Shown here: piece after piece, positions 21,389 to 30,612 of the stretch
Layout of the letters: each line of letters begins with the position of its first letter
Position numbering within the stretch: the stretch's first letter is position 1
Assembly (NCBI GenBank): GCA_963422375.2
Contig: OY729428.2
Location: 3,584,001-3,648,000 of the forward strand
Direction of reading: 5' to 3'
DNA: 64,000 nt
Source: Bryobacterales bacterium
GTDB lineage: Bacteria > Acidobacteriota > Terriglobia > Bryobacterales > UBA6623
Notes under the pieces: model-generated
Database searches by the model: none
What the model saw: the letters and a program-made list of their open reading frames with translations, nothing else
What the model was told of the DNA's origin: nothing
Program-made: the position numbers and the translations under genes

Positions 21389-21620
21389 GGAAGTCACGAT
21401 CAAGCGTTCCAATCGCAAGCCATCACGCAGTCTGATTTGACGTGATCCTCCGTCCCGATCAGCGGCGATCACAGCTGCTGTCCCAGGGGCAGGGAACCCG
21501 ATTTCGCGCCCGTGCGCGAGGAATTGCGCGCTCGCCCCAGGCTGCCCCTGCAGCTGCTCTGGCACGAATACCGCGAGCACTTCTTGCCTTATTCACATAA
21601 GCGCCCATGCGGGCGCTCCG
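21389..21620 (+). mobile_element. IS21-family remnant (left-end repeats and istA fragment)
   Basis: 'ELRARPRLPLQLLWHEYREH' resembles the IstA LQLLWxEY motif. GATC-rich end repeats continue across ISNCY copy B to GGGTATTTCGG at about 19741. Confidence 0.5.
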
Positions 21621-21989
21621 GCCGCCCCACCCCGCGAGATGAACGCGCCCCGCGTTCGATGCTGGGGCGGAGGCGCGGCGGCGGAGGCCGTTCATTCTTC
21701 GGCGGGGCCCTCGCGGCTACCCCGAGCAGCAACGTGGCCGGAGCCGTCCCGCGCGAACCCCGCAGCGCGTCCAGCGGCTGCCGCCGTCGAGGCCGAGGAG
21801 ACAACTGACCAGGGCCCGGCGGTCCGAGGACCCTCCGGGCGGTTCCTCGCCGCGCCCGCCAGCGGCAGCGGCCGGCTCCCGGCAGGGAGGCGGCGCTTGG
21901 AACGAGGCATGCGGATGGAACGGAGGACGGCATGGAAGATCTTGCGAAGGCACCGGTGGAAAAGCCGCGGAAGGAGCTGGCGGAGGCGT

Positions 21990-22205
21990 CTCTGAAGCCG
22001 GTGACGCGGGCCGACGGCACCGACATCCACAACATGGTGTAGACGTGCAGGATGCTGGTCGGTGCCGACAGGGGTGAGGTCGAGGTGCATGCGCGCCGCA
22101 GCCAGGCGTACGGTAGCGGCCTGGGCCGGTTCGCGCGCTGGATGGCGGGCCTGCGCCCGTAGCGCGTGGTGATGGAGAGCACGGGGGTGTTCCGGAAGAG
22201 CGGCA
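21990..22205 (+). pseudogene. IS110-family transposase N-terminal remnant
   Basis: GTDIH...ARWMAGLRP*RVVMESTGVFRK matches the GxDxH...MESTG RuvC-like motifs; two in-frame TAG stops. Confidence 0.65.
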
Positions 22206-22814
22206 ACCTGGGCCATCGCGTGTGTAGGGGCCCACTTCATTTGGGGCGGCAGCAGGCCGCCAACGAGATGCGGCGGGTGGCCGAGTTCGACCCGGCCGTC
22301 AAGCTGGGGTCCTGAGCGGCTGAGCGGCCGGCACTTGCCTAGAACGGGGCCGGCCCGGGCACCTGGTCACTCAGCGCGAGCGAAGGGGAAGCCCGCGCGA
22401 ATGGTGCCCTGCGCCGGTCCCTGACGTCAATCCAACCACCGGGCCGTCGAAGCGTCTTGCCGGGGCCGAACCGCAGAGGCGCGCCTCTAGTTCCTATTAG
22501 CTTTCGGGGGAAGAGCTTGCGCAGGCGGCAACGGGCGAACTCTGCGAATTCACGAGAGCGCCCGGATTGCGACGCTTCGCACGGGATCGGGCGAAACGCG
22601 CGGAAGCGAGGGGGTCACGGCACGGTCGCCGCGGGTCCACCGGGAGCTTCTCATGCGAAATCGAGGTGTTCGAAACGCAATGCGTCCGCCGGGAGACGGA
22701 GCGACCGGCGTCCGCATGCCGAAGGGAGCCGACTGTACCCGCAACCGGGACGTCAGCGGTCTAATCGGCGAGCGGCGGAACCGGAGCGCAGCACTGATAC
22801 CGAGGAGGGACACC

Positions 22815-23927
22815 ATGCGGAGTTCAAACCAACGCGCGAGCCAGTGGAAGGAAGGTGCCATGGCGCTGGCGGTCCTCTCCGCCGTCATCGGCAGCGGACT
22901 CGTCGCGTACCTCTTCTGGACACCCTCGTCCGTGCCCGCCGAGGCCCAGCCCGAGACCATCACCGCGCCGGTCCTGCCGTCGGAGGCAGCGGTCCGGGCA
23001 CCCAGGCCGGTCCGGACATCCTCCCCGGGGTCGGCAGCGGTCCGCACCGCGCCCGCGGCTCGCTTCTCCGGGACGTCGAAGGAGCCCGAAACTGCTGTGC
23101 GCTCGGAGCTGCTGATCGACCTTGACAATCCGCTGCCGGTGCCCGGTGGCGAGTCCGGCGCGCCGCCCGGGAAGTCCGTCCCGCAAGCTGGCGAAACGGC
23201 CGCGCCCGAAGCTCCGACCCAGCCGGGCGAGGCCAACGATCCCGAGCGCAAGGTCGCTCCGACGACGGTCGACTTGGCTATTCCGCCCCGGACAGAACCG
23301 CCTCCGTCGAATAACCCGGGCCGTACGCCCGACTACGGATCTCGCGAACCGGCGGAAACACAAACCGCCGCCCGGCGCGCGCCCGGCAACGCCGCGCAGC
23401 CGACCGTCACGGTGTCCGCAGGAACCGTCCTCGCGGTTCGCCCGCTCGAGACGCTCAACTCGGCCAACAGCTCGTCCGGCGACCAGTTCCGAGCCGTGCT
23501 GGCACGCGCCTTGGACCTCGAGAACGGCGCGGCCATTCCCGCCGGCGCCTACGTGGCCGGCACCGTCCTGGAAGCCCAACCCTCCGTGAGGGTGAAGGGG
23601 CGGGCGCGGCTCTCCCTGACCTTGGACCGGATTCATGTCCAGGGCAAGATGCACTCGATCACCGCGCAACGCGTCGACTTGGAGGCGAAGAGCACCGTGA
23701 AGCGAGATGCCGCGGCAGTAGGGGTCTCCGCCGCGGTGGGAACGATCCTGGGAGGCCTTCTGGGCGGCAAGAAGGGAGCGGCGCGAGGAGCCGTCATCGG
23801 CGGGGCGGCCGGCGGGGCGGGCGCGGCACTGGCCAAGGGCCGGGAAGTGCACGTGAGCGGGGAGGACACGCTGGAGTTCGGGCTAGCGGAGCCCTTGGCG
23901 ATCAACTGGCAGGAATCCGCCGAGTAG
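22815..23927 (+). CDS. Membrane-anchored Pro/Ala-rich protein with TrbI/VirB10-like C-terminal domain and glycine zipper
   Basis: RBS GAGGAGG; N-terminal TM; 'VSAGTVLAVR...GDQF...IPAGAYVAGTV...GRVKGRARLSL'-type domain; GGKKGA glycine zipper. Confidence 0.7.
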   Translation: MRSSNQRASQWKEGAMALAVLSAVIGSGLVAYLFWTPSSVPAEAQPETITAPVLPSEAAVRAPRPVRTSSPGSAAVRTAPAARFSGTSKEPETAVRSELLIDLDNPLPVPGGESGAPPGKSVPQAGETAAPEAPTQPGEANDPERKVAPTTVDLAIPPRTEPPPSNNPGRTPDYGSREPAETQTAARRAPGNAAQPTVTVSAGTVLAVRPLETLNSANSSSGDQFRAVLARALDLENGAAIPAGAYVAGTVLEAQPSVRVKGRARLSLTLDRIHVQGKMHSITAQRVDLEAKSTVKRDAAAVGVSAAVGTILGGLLGGKKGAARGAVIGGAAGGAGAALAKGREVHVSGEDTLEFGLAEPLAINWQESAE

Positions 23928-24006
23928 GCCCACGTCCAGCGAGGTCGGGCCCGGCTGGCTCGGTGGCCGACTGGCAGGCATTGCGCGCCCCCGGCCCGGC
24001 TGTCTG

Positions 24007-24055
24007 TTGACACGGATTTCCGCACGCCGTAAAGTAAATTTAGGCACGCCTAAAT
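24007..24055 (+). promoter_or_regulatory. Sigma70 promoter with overlapping DtxR/MntR-type operator
   Basis: TTGACA (24007)-17 bp-TAAAGT (24030); perfect inverted repeat ATTTAGGC-AC-GCCTAAAT at 24038-24055, abutting the ATG. Confidence 0.85.
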
Positions 24056-24733
24056 ATGGGCAGCGAGTCGATCGACGATTACCTCAAGGCGATCTTCCAG
24101 ATCGCCGGGGAGTCGGACAGGGCGTCCACCGCCGCCTTGGCGAAGAAGCTGTCGGTGGCCCCTGCCTCCGTCACGGGGATGCTGAAGAAGCTCGCCGAGG
24201 CCAAGCCCCCCTGGATCGACTATCAGAAGCACCACGGCGCCCGGCTCACCGGCCGCGGCCGCTCGCGCGCGCTCGAGGTCATCCGCCACCACCGGCTGAT
24301 CGAGCTCTTCCTCCACACGGTCCTCGGGTACCGGTGGGACGAGGTCCACGCCGAAGCCGAGCATCTCGAGCACGCGATTTCCGAGACCTTCGAGGACCGG
24401 ATCGCGGAGTTTCTGGGCGATCCGGAATTCGACCCCCACGGACATCCGATCCCTAGGCGGGACGGCACCGTGCCGGTCCGCTTCGACAGCGGCCTGGTGC
24501 ATATGGAGCCCGGCACGCAGGCAGTGGTGTCGCGCGTTTCCGACCGCGACTCCGCGATGCTACAGTACCTCTCGAGCATCGGCGTCAAGCCGGGCGTCCT
24601 GATTCACCTCGTCGAGCGGGGCCCGTTCGACGGCCCGCTCATGCTGCGCGTGGGCTCGGCCAGTGCGGTGCATGCCTTCGGCCCCCGTCTAGCAGCCGCG
24701 ATTCGAGTTCGCGAGGCGGGAAGCGAGGAATGA
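24056..24733 (+). CDS. DtxR/MntR family metal-dependent repressor with FeoA-like domain
   Basis: DDYLKAI, SVTGMLKKL, RHHRLIELFL, VHAEAEHLEH, DPHGHPIP. Confidence 0.92.
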   Translation: MGSESIDDYLKAIFQIAGESDRASTAALAKKLSVAPASVTGMLKKLAEAKPPWIDYQKHHGARLTGRGRSRALEVIRHHRLIELFLHTVLGYRWDEVHAEAEHLEHAISETFEDRIAEFLGDPEFDPHGHPIPRRDGTVPVRFDSGLVHMEPGTQAVVSRVSDRDSAMLQYLSSIGVKPGVLIHLVERGPFDGPLMLRVGSASAVHAFGPRLAAAIRVREAGSEE

Positions 24734-25752
24734 CGCCCGCCCCGGTCCTGGCGCTGCTCGGGCTCGCCTTGCTGGTTGCCCCCCGAGTCGGCTTCGTCGC
24801 GCTCTTCCGCAGGTTCCGCTCTCGCCGCGACAGAACGCGGGCGGAGGACGCGCTGAAGCACGTCCTGTCGTGGCAGCAGCGGTCCGGGCCGGCCAGCCTG
24901 GAGTCTCTGGCCGGCAGCCTCCGGATCTCCCCGGCCGCGGCGCTGCGCGTGCTGCGACGGGTGGAGGCGTCCGGCTGGATCGACTACGGGACCTCCGGCA
25001 TCGGGCTCACGCCTGCCGGCGAGCGCCGCGCCCTGCAGGTCGTCCGTGCCCACCGGCTGTGGGAGCGCCATCTGGCGGACGACGCGAACATGCCGATCGG
25101 CCGACTGCACCAAGTCGCGGAGCGCGCCGAGCACAGTCTCGGCCAGGCCCAGGTCGCCGAGCTCGACGCCCATCTCGGCCATCCGCAGCACGACCCGCAC
25201 GGGGACCCTATTCCGAGCGCCGACGGCCGGGTCGCGGAGCTCGAGGCGGTATGCATCGGCGACTGGCCGGTCGGCCCCCCCGCACGCGTGGCGCACATCG
25301 AGGACGAGCCCGACGCCGTGTTCCGGCAAGTCCTGGAGGCCGGGCTGCGGCCGTCCCAGGTCGTGCGGGTGGTCGCGAGCGACGCCACCGGCCTTGTCGT
25401 GGAATGCGGGGGAGCCGAGCGGCGCATCGACCGTGCCGTGGTGAACAACATTCACGTGGCCCCGGCGCGACCGGAAGACCTCCCGCCGCCGGGTGCCCTG
25501 CGCCTCTCGAGCTTGGCCCGGGGTGCGGGGGGCGAGGTCGTGGCCCTTGGCAGCGGCTGCACCGGCTTCACGCGGCGCCGGCTGCTGGACCTAGGCCTCA
25601 CGCCCGGCGCGAGCGTGCAGGTCGCGCTCGACAATACCTTCGGCGACCCGCGGGCGTTTCGCATCCGCGGCACGACGGTCGCGCTGCGGCGGCAGCAGGC
25701 CGAGCAGGTCTGGGTCCGCCCGCTCTCCGGACCGGAGGAGGCCTTGCGGTGA
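24730..25752 (+). CDS. DtxR-family protein with N-terminal TM anchor and two FeoA domains
   Basis: Hydrophobic N-terminus; EDALK, RAHRLWE, AERAEH, DPHGDPIP; C-terminal RRLLDLGLTPG...GDP...IRGTTVALR. Confidence 0.85.
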   Translation: MTPAPVLALLGLALLVAPRVGFVALFRRFRSRRDRTRAEDALKHVLSWQQRSGPASLESLAGSLRISPAAALRVLRRVEASGWIDYGTSGIGLTPAGERRALQVVRAHRLWERHLADDANMPIGRLHQVAERAEHSLGQAQVAELDAHLGHPQHDPHGDPIPSADGRVAELEAVCIGDWPVGPPARVAHIEDEPDAVFRQVLEAGLRPSQVVRVVASDATGLVVECGGAERRIDRAVVNNIHVAPARPEDLPPPGALRLSSLARGAGGEVVALGSGCTGFTRRRLLDLGLTPGASVQVALDNTFGDPRAFRIRGTTVALRRQQAEQVWVRPLSGPEEALR

Positions 25753-26540
25753 GCGTCAACGACTGCGAAGCCTGCCCCGCCCGCTCGCAGCTCGCGCAAA
25801 TGGGCATCAACATCGCCGGCTGCGACCACGTGGTCGCCTTGGCCGGCAACCCAAACACCGGCAAGTCGTCCGTGTTCAACGCGCTCACCGGCCTGCGCCA
25901 GCACGTCGGCAACTGGACCGGCAAGACGGTCACGCGCGCCGAAGGCGCGTTCGGATTCGGGGGCAAGCGCTACAAGCTCGTCGACCTCCCCGGCACTTAC
26001 TCGCTGCTCTCGGCGTCGCAGGACGAGGAGATCAGCCGCGACTTCCTCCTGTTCGGCCAGCCCGACTGCACGGTAGTCGTGACGGACGCGACCGCACTCG
26101 AGCGCAATCTCAACCTGGTCCTGCAGGTGCTCGAGATCACCGACCGGGCCGTGGTGTGCGTCAACCTCATGGACGAGGCGCAGCGCAAGGGAATTGAAAT
26201 TGACGTGCGGAGCCTTGCCCGCGACCTCGGCGTGCCCGCCGTCCCTACCGTCGCGCGAAGCAAGCTCGGCATGGCGGAACTGGTTTCCACGGTAGCGGCG
26301 GTCATCGCGGGGGACATCAGGACCTCGCCGCTGCGCGTCGAGACGACCGGCGACGTGCGCGAGGCGATCGGCGACCTCGTGCCGCTGATCGAGGAATTCG
26401 CTCCGGGGCTGCCGAACGCCCGCTGGATCGCTCTGCGCCTGCTGGACGGCGACCACAAGGTGCGCGAAGCGCTGGTTTCGGGCGAGCTGGCCGGCTTGGC
26501 GCAGCGGCAGCGCGGCGCGGCCAGCGGCAGCGCCCGCTAG
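25749..26540 (+). CDS. feoB: FeoB N-terminal GTPase domain (split FeoB)
   Basis: GNPNTGKS, GNWTGKTV, DLPGTYSL, NLMDEA; Cys-rich N-terminus. Confidence 0.88.
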   Translation: MSVNDCEACPARSQLAQMGINIAGCDHVVALAGNPNTGKSSVFNALTGLRQHVGNWTGKTVTRAEGAFGFGGKRYKLVDLPGTYSLLSASQDEEISRDFLLFGQPDCTVVVTDATALERNLNLVLQVLEITDRAVVCVNLMDEAQRKGIEIDVRSLARDLGVPAVPTVARSKLGMAELVSTVAAVIAGDIRTSPLRVETTGDVREAIGDLVPLIEEFAPGLPNARWIALRLLDGDHKVREALVSGELAGLAQRQRGAASGSAR

Positions 26541-26549
26541 GAGGCGGAC

Positions 26550-27935
26550 ATGACGCCGAGCGCCGAGGCCATTCTCGATCGCAGCGACGGCCTGCGCCGG
26601 CAGGTCGGCGACCACTTCCGCGACCGCATGGTGTCCGACCTGTACGACAGCGCCCGCCGGGTCGCCGCGCGGTCGGTCCGCGAGAGCGGGTCCGGCAAGT
26701 GGGAGCTCGACCAGCGCATCGACCGGCTGGTGACCTCGCGCTGGCTGGGCCTTCCGCTGATGGCGCTGCTGCTCGGCGCCGTCTTCTGGATCACGATTCT
26801 CGGCGCGAACGTTCCCTCGCAGCTGCTCGCGAACGCGTTCTTCGCTGTCGAGGCCGCGGCTGCCGGCTGGTTCGAGAGCCTCGGCGCACCGTGGTGGCTG
26901 ACCGGACTCGTCTGGCACGGAGTGTTCCGCGGCCTCGCATGGGTGGTCAGCGTCATGCTGCCGCCAATGGCCATCTTCTTCCCCGTGTTCACGATCCTGG
27001 AGGACCTCGGCTACCTGCCGCGCGTCGCGTTCAACCTCGACTGGCTGTTCCGCAAGGCGGGGGCGCACGGCAAGCAGGCGCTGACGATGGCCATGGGCTT
27101 CGGCTGCAACGCCGCCGGGGTGACCGCGACGCGCATTATCGACTCGCCCCGGGAGCGCCTGCTGGCGATCCTGACGAACAACTTCGTGCCCTGCAACGGC
27201 CGCTTCCCGACTCTGATCATGCTGGCCGTCATCTTCGTCGCCGCGTCCTTCCCGCCCGCCGTCGCGTCGGCCGCGGCCGCGGGAGCGGTCCTAGGCGTGG
27301 TCCTGCTGGGCGTCGGCTTCACCCTGGCCGTCTCGTGGGCACTCTCGCGCAGCGTGCTTTCCGGCGAGGCCTCGGCCTTCACTCTGGAGCTTCCGCCCTA
27401 CCGCCGCCCGAGCGTCCTGCGTATCCTATACACCTCGCTGATCGACCGGACGGTCTTCGTGCTCGGCCGCGCCATTCTGACCGCCGCCCCGGCCGGCGCC
27501 GTGATCTGGATCCTCGCCAACGTCGACGCCGGAGGGGTCAGCCTCGCGTCGCGCGCAATCGAGCTGCTGCGCCCGCTCGGGGAGGCGATCGGCCTGGACG
27601 GCGTCATCCTGCTGGCCTACGTGATCGCGATCCCCGCTAACGAGATCGTCGTTCCCACTATGCTCATGTGCTACCTCGGGGGCAGTATGATGATGGATAT
27701 AACGACATACGACGAGATCCGGACCGTGCTGGTCGACGAGCACGGCTGGACGCTGCTCACGGCCGTCAACCTGATGCTGTTCTCCTTGCTGCATAACCCC
27801 TGCGCGACGACCATCCTGACCATCTGGAAGGAGACCCGGAGCCTTCGCTGGACAGGAGTCGGAGCTCTCATGCCGCTCGCGATCGCCTTCGCCGCCTGCC
27901 TCGTGACAGCCCAGGGTGTGCATCTCTTGCTCTGA
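26550..27935 (+). CDS. feoB: FeoB membrane (gate) domain (split FeoB)
   Basis: LEDLGYLPRVAF, MGFGCNAAG, VPCNGRFP, FTLELPPYR, HNPC; own RBS AGGAGG. Confidence 0.88.
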   Translation: MTPSAEAILDRSDGLRRQVGDHFRDRMVSDLYDSARRVAARSVRESGSGKWELDQRIDRLVTSRWLGLPLMALLLGAVFWITILGANVPSQLLANAFFAVEAAAAGWFESLGAPWWLTGLVWHGVFRGLAWVVSVMLPPMAIFFPVFTILEDLGYLPRVAFNLDWLFRKAGAHGKQALTMAMGFGCNAAGVTATRIIDSPRERLLAILTNNFVPCNGRFPTLIMLAVIFVAASFPPAVASAAAAGAVLGVVLLGVGFTLAVSWALSRSVLSGEASAFTLELPPYRRPSVLRILYTSLIDRTVFVLGRAILTAAPAGAVIWILANVDAGGVSLASRAIELLRPLGEAIGLDGVILLAYVIAIPANEIVVPTMLMCYLGGSMMMDITTYDEIRTVLVDEHGWTLLTAVNLMLFSLLHNPCATTILTIWKETRSLRWTGVGALMPLAIAFAACLVTAQGVHLLL

Positions 27936-29188
27936 TGCAGGTGGTCCAGAGCAGCAGCGCGCCCGCACTATCCGAGCTCGACCGCTGGGACCAGCTCCCC
28001 CGCTTGCGCGAGATGCTGGCCGCCGTCCTGCCGGGCAATCCCTTCTGGCGGCGGCGCCTCGGCGCGACGGCCGCGCCGAGCAGCGCCGAGCAGTTCCGGC
28101 GGCTCCCCCTGACCTCGAACCAAGACCTGTCCGCGGACAGCCGCGAGCACCCGCCCTTCGGCTCGAATCTGACGTACCCGCTCGCGCGCTATACCAAGTA
28201 CCACCAGACCTCGGGCACGAGCGGCAGCCCGCTGGCGGTACTAGACACGGCGCGCAGCTGGGCGTGGTGGTGCGACTGCTGGGACGCGGTGCTCGACGCC
28301 TGCGGCGCGCGCCACGGCGACCGCGCGTTCTTCGCCTTCTCGTTCGCGCCCTTCATCGGATTCTGGTCGGCCTACGACGCCGTAGCGCGCCGCGGCCTGC
28401 TCGCCGTGCCCGGGGGCGGGGCCGGGACCTCGCGCCGTCTGCGCCTGCTCGCCGAGACCGGCTGCACGCTGCTATTCAGCACGCCGACCTACGCGCTGCG
28501 GATGGCGCAGACCGCGGAGCGGGAAGGGATCGACCTGCGCGACACCCCGGTACGCTGCGCGATCCTCGCCGGCGAGCCGGGCGGAAGCCTCCCGTCGCTG
28601 CGCCGGCGGGTGGCGGAGACTTGGGGCGCGCGGGTCTTCGATCACGCCGGCGCCAGCGAGGTGGGCGCGTACGGCATTCCCTGCCCGCGGGGACGCGGTG
28701 TATTCGTCAACGAGCGCGAGTTCGTGGCCGAGGTGCTGGATACCGGCAACGCGAATCCCGTCGAATGCGGCCAGACCGGCGAGCTGGTGCTGACCAACCT
28801 CGGACGCTGGGGCTGCCCGGTGATCCGCTACCGCACCGGCGACCTCGTCCGGCCCAGCCGACTCCCCGAAGGCCTGCTGCTGGAAGGCGGCGTCCTAGGC
28901 CGCGTCGACCAGATGATGCTGCTGCGAGGCGTCAACGTGCATCCGTCCGCGATCGAGGAGGCCGTCCGGCGGTTCGCCGGCAGGGCCGAGTTCCGCATCT
29001 CGGTCACGCGCAGGGGCGAGATGGACGAGGCGGAGGTCGAGGTCGAGGCGCGCCCCGCGCTCTGCGCCGCCATCGCGGGGGACGTGCGCGATTCGTTCGG
29101 TGTGCGCATCGCGGTGCGCAGCGTGCCCGGCGAGAGCCTGCCGCGCTGGCAGGCGAAGGCCAAGCGGTTCCGCGACCTGCGGGAATGA
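27935..29188 (+). CDS. Phenylacetate--CoA ligase (PaaK)-family adenylate-forming enzyme
   Basis: QTSGTSG, TPTYAL, AGEPG, GASE, IRYRTGD, GRVDQM, RGVNV. Confidence 0.85.
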   Translation: MQVVQSSSAPALSELDRWDQLPRLREMLAAVLPGNPFWRRRLGATAAPSSAEQFRRLPLTSNQDLSADSREHPPFGSNLTYPLARYTKYHQTSGTSGSPLAVLDTARSWAWWCDCWDAVLDACGARHGDRAFFAFSFAPFIGFWSAYDAVARRGLLAVPGGGAGTSRRLRLLAETGCTLLFSTPTYALRMAQTAEREGIDLRDTPVRCAILAGEPGGSLPSLRRRVAETWGARVFDHAGASEVGAYGIPCPRGRGVFVNEREFVAEVLDTGNANPVECGQTGELVLTNLGRWGCPVIRYRTGDLVRPSRLPEGLLLEGGVLGRVDQMMLLRGVNVHPSAIEEAVRRFAGRAEFRISVTRRGEMDEAEVEVEARPALCAAIAGDVRDSFGVRIAVRSVPGESLPRWQAKAKRFRDLRE

Positions 29189-29192
29189 CCTG

Positions 29193-30584
29193 ATGGCGAG
29201 CGGACGCGGGCTTCCCGCTTGCGTCGGCGGGCTCGCGCTCGCGGCGAGCGTCCTGGCGGCGGCCGCGGCGGCCGAGCCGAACTTCGTCGTCATCGTCGCC
29301 GACGACTTGGGATACGGCGACCTCGGATGCTACGGCAGCACCGCGATCCGCACCCCCTTCATCGACCGCATGGCCTCCGAGGGCGCCCGCCTGACGGAGT
29401 TCTACACGCCCGCGCCGAACTGCTCTCCGGCGCGCGCGGCGCTGCTGACCGGGAGGCATCCGCTGCGCACGGGCATCACGCGCGTGCTCGTGCCCAAGGA
29501 GGTGCAGGGGCTGCCCGAGTCCGAGGTGACCTTGGCGGAGCACCTGCGGGCGGCTGGGTACGCGACCGCCTGCGTCGGCAAGTGGCATCTGGGCGGGAGG
29601 AAGAAGTTCCGCCCGCAGAGGCACGGGTTCGACGAGTTCTACGGCGTGCTGTACAGCAACAACATGGTCTGGCTACGCCGCGTGCAGTGGCCTCGCTTCG
29701 AACTGTTCGACGGCTGGACCACGGTGGAGTCGCCGGCCGACTCGGCCCAGCTCACGAGAAGGTACACGCACCGGGCCGTGGAATTCCTCGGGCGCAACCG
29801 AGACAGGCCCTTCTTCCTGTACCTTGCCTACACCATGCCGCACCTGCCGCTGGCGGCCTCCCCGGAGTTCGCCGGCCGCTCGCGGCACGGGCCGTACGGG
29901 GACGCCGTCGAGGAGCTGGACGCGGGCGTGGGCCAGCTGCTGGCGAAGCTGTCGCAGCTCGGACTGGACGGCGAGACGTACGTATTCCTCACCAGCGACA
30001 ACGGGCCCTGGACGGGCGACGAGTCGACGGCGGGCGGTTCCACCGGCGGGCTGCGGGGCTTCAAGGGCACCACTTGGGAGGGCGGCCTGCGCGTCCCGTT
30101 CATCGCTCGCGCTCCGGGGCGGATTCCCGCCGGAACGGTCCGGCACGGGACCGCCTCGCTGATGGATCTGTTCCCCACGGTCGCCTCGCTGGCCGGGGTC
30201 GGCCCGCCCGGCGACCGGGCCTACGACGGCATGGATATCCTGCCGCTGCTGCGCGGGGAGGGAGAACCGCCGGACCGCACGTTCATGTTCAGCCACCGGC
30301 TCCGGGTCCAAGCGGTGCGCTCCGGGCACTGGAAGCTGCACATCCGCGAGCGGGCCCTGGGCAGGAACGGCCGCCCGCGGGGACAGCGCGAGCTGGTCCC
30401 GGCACAGCTGTACCGGCTCGACACCGACCCGGGCGAGAGCCGCGACGTCGCGGCCGAGCACAGCACGATCGTCGAGAGACTGCGCCAGCGCGCCGGGAGA
30501 TTCGAAGCGGACGCGAATCCCTCGGTGCGCCTGCGCCGCTACGGCGGCGCCATCGTCCGAGGCCTGCTGACTCCCTTCCCGTAA
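29193..30584 (+). CDS. Arylsulfatase (Cys-type sulfatase)
   Basis: PNFVVIVADDLGYGD, CSPARAALLTG, GKWHLG, SDNG, KGTTWEGGLRVP; signal peptide. Confidence 0.93.
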   Translation: MASGRGLPACVGGLALAASVLAAAAAAEPNFVVIVADDLGYGDLGCYGSTAIRTPFIDRMASEGARLTEFYTPAPNCSPARAALLTGRHPLRTGITRVLVPKEVQGLPESEVTLAEHLRAAGYATACVGKWHLGGRKKFRPQRHGFDEFYGVLYSNNMVWLRRVQWPRFELFDGWTTVESPADSAQLTRRYTHRAVEFLGRNRDRPFFLYLAYTMPHLPLAASPEFAGRSRHGPYGDAVEELDAGVGQLLAKLSQLGLDGETYVFLTSDNGPWTGDESTAGGSTGGLRGFKGTTWEGGLRVPFIARAPGRIPAGTVRHGTASLMDLFPTVASLAGVGPPGDRAYDGMDILPLLRGEGEPPDRTFMFSHRLRVQAVRSGHWKLHIRERALGRNGRPRGQRELVPAQLYRLDTDPGESRDVAAEHSTIVERLRQRAGRFEADANPSVRLRRYGGAIVRGLLTPFP

Positions 30585-30612
30585 GGCCCCGCAGGCGGCG
30601 CGCCGGGCCGGC

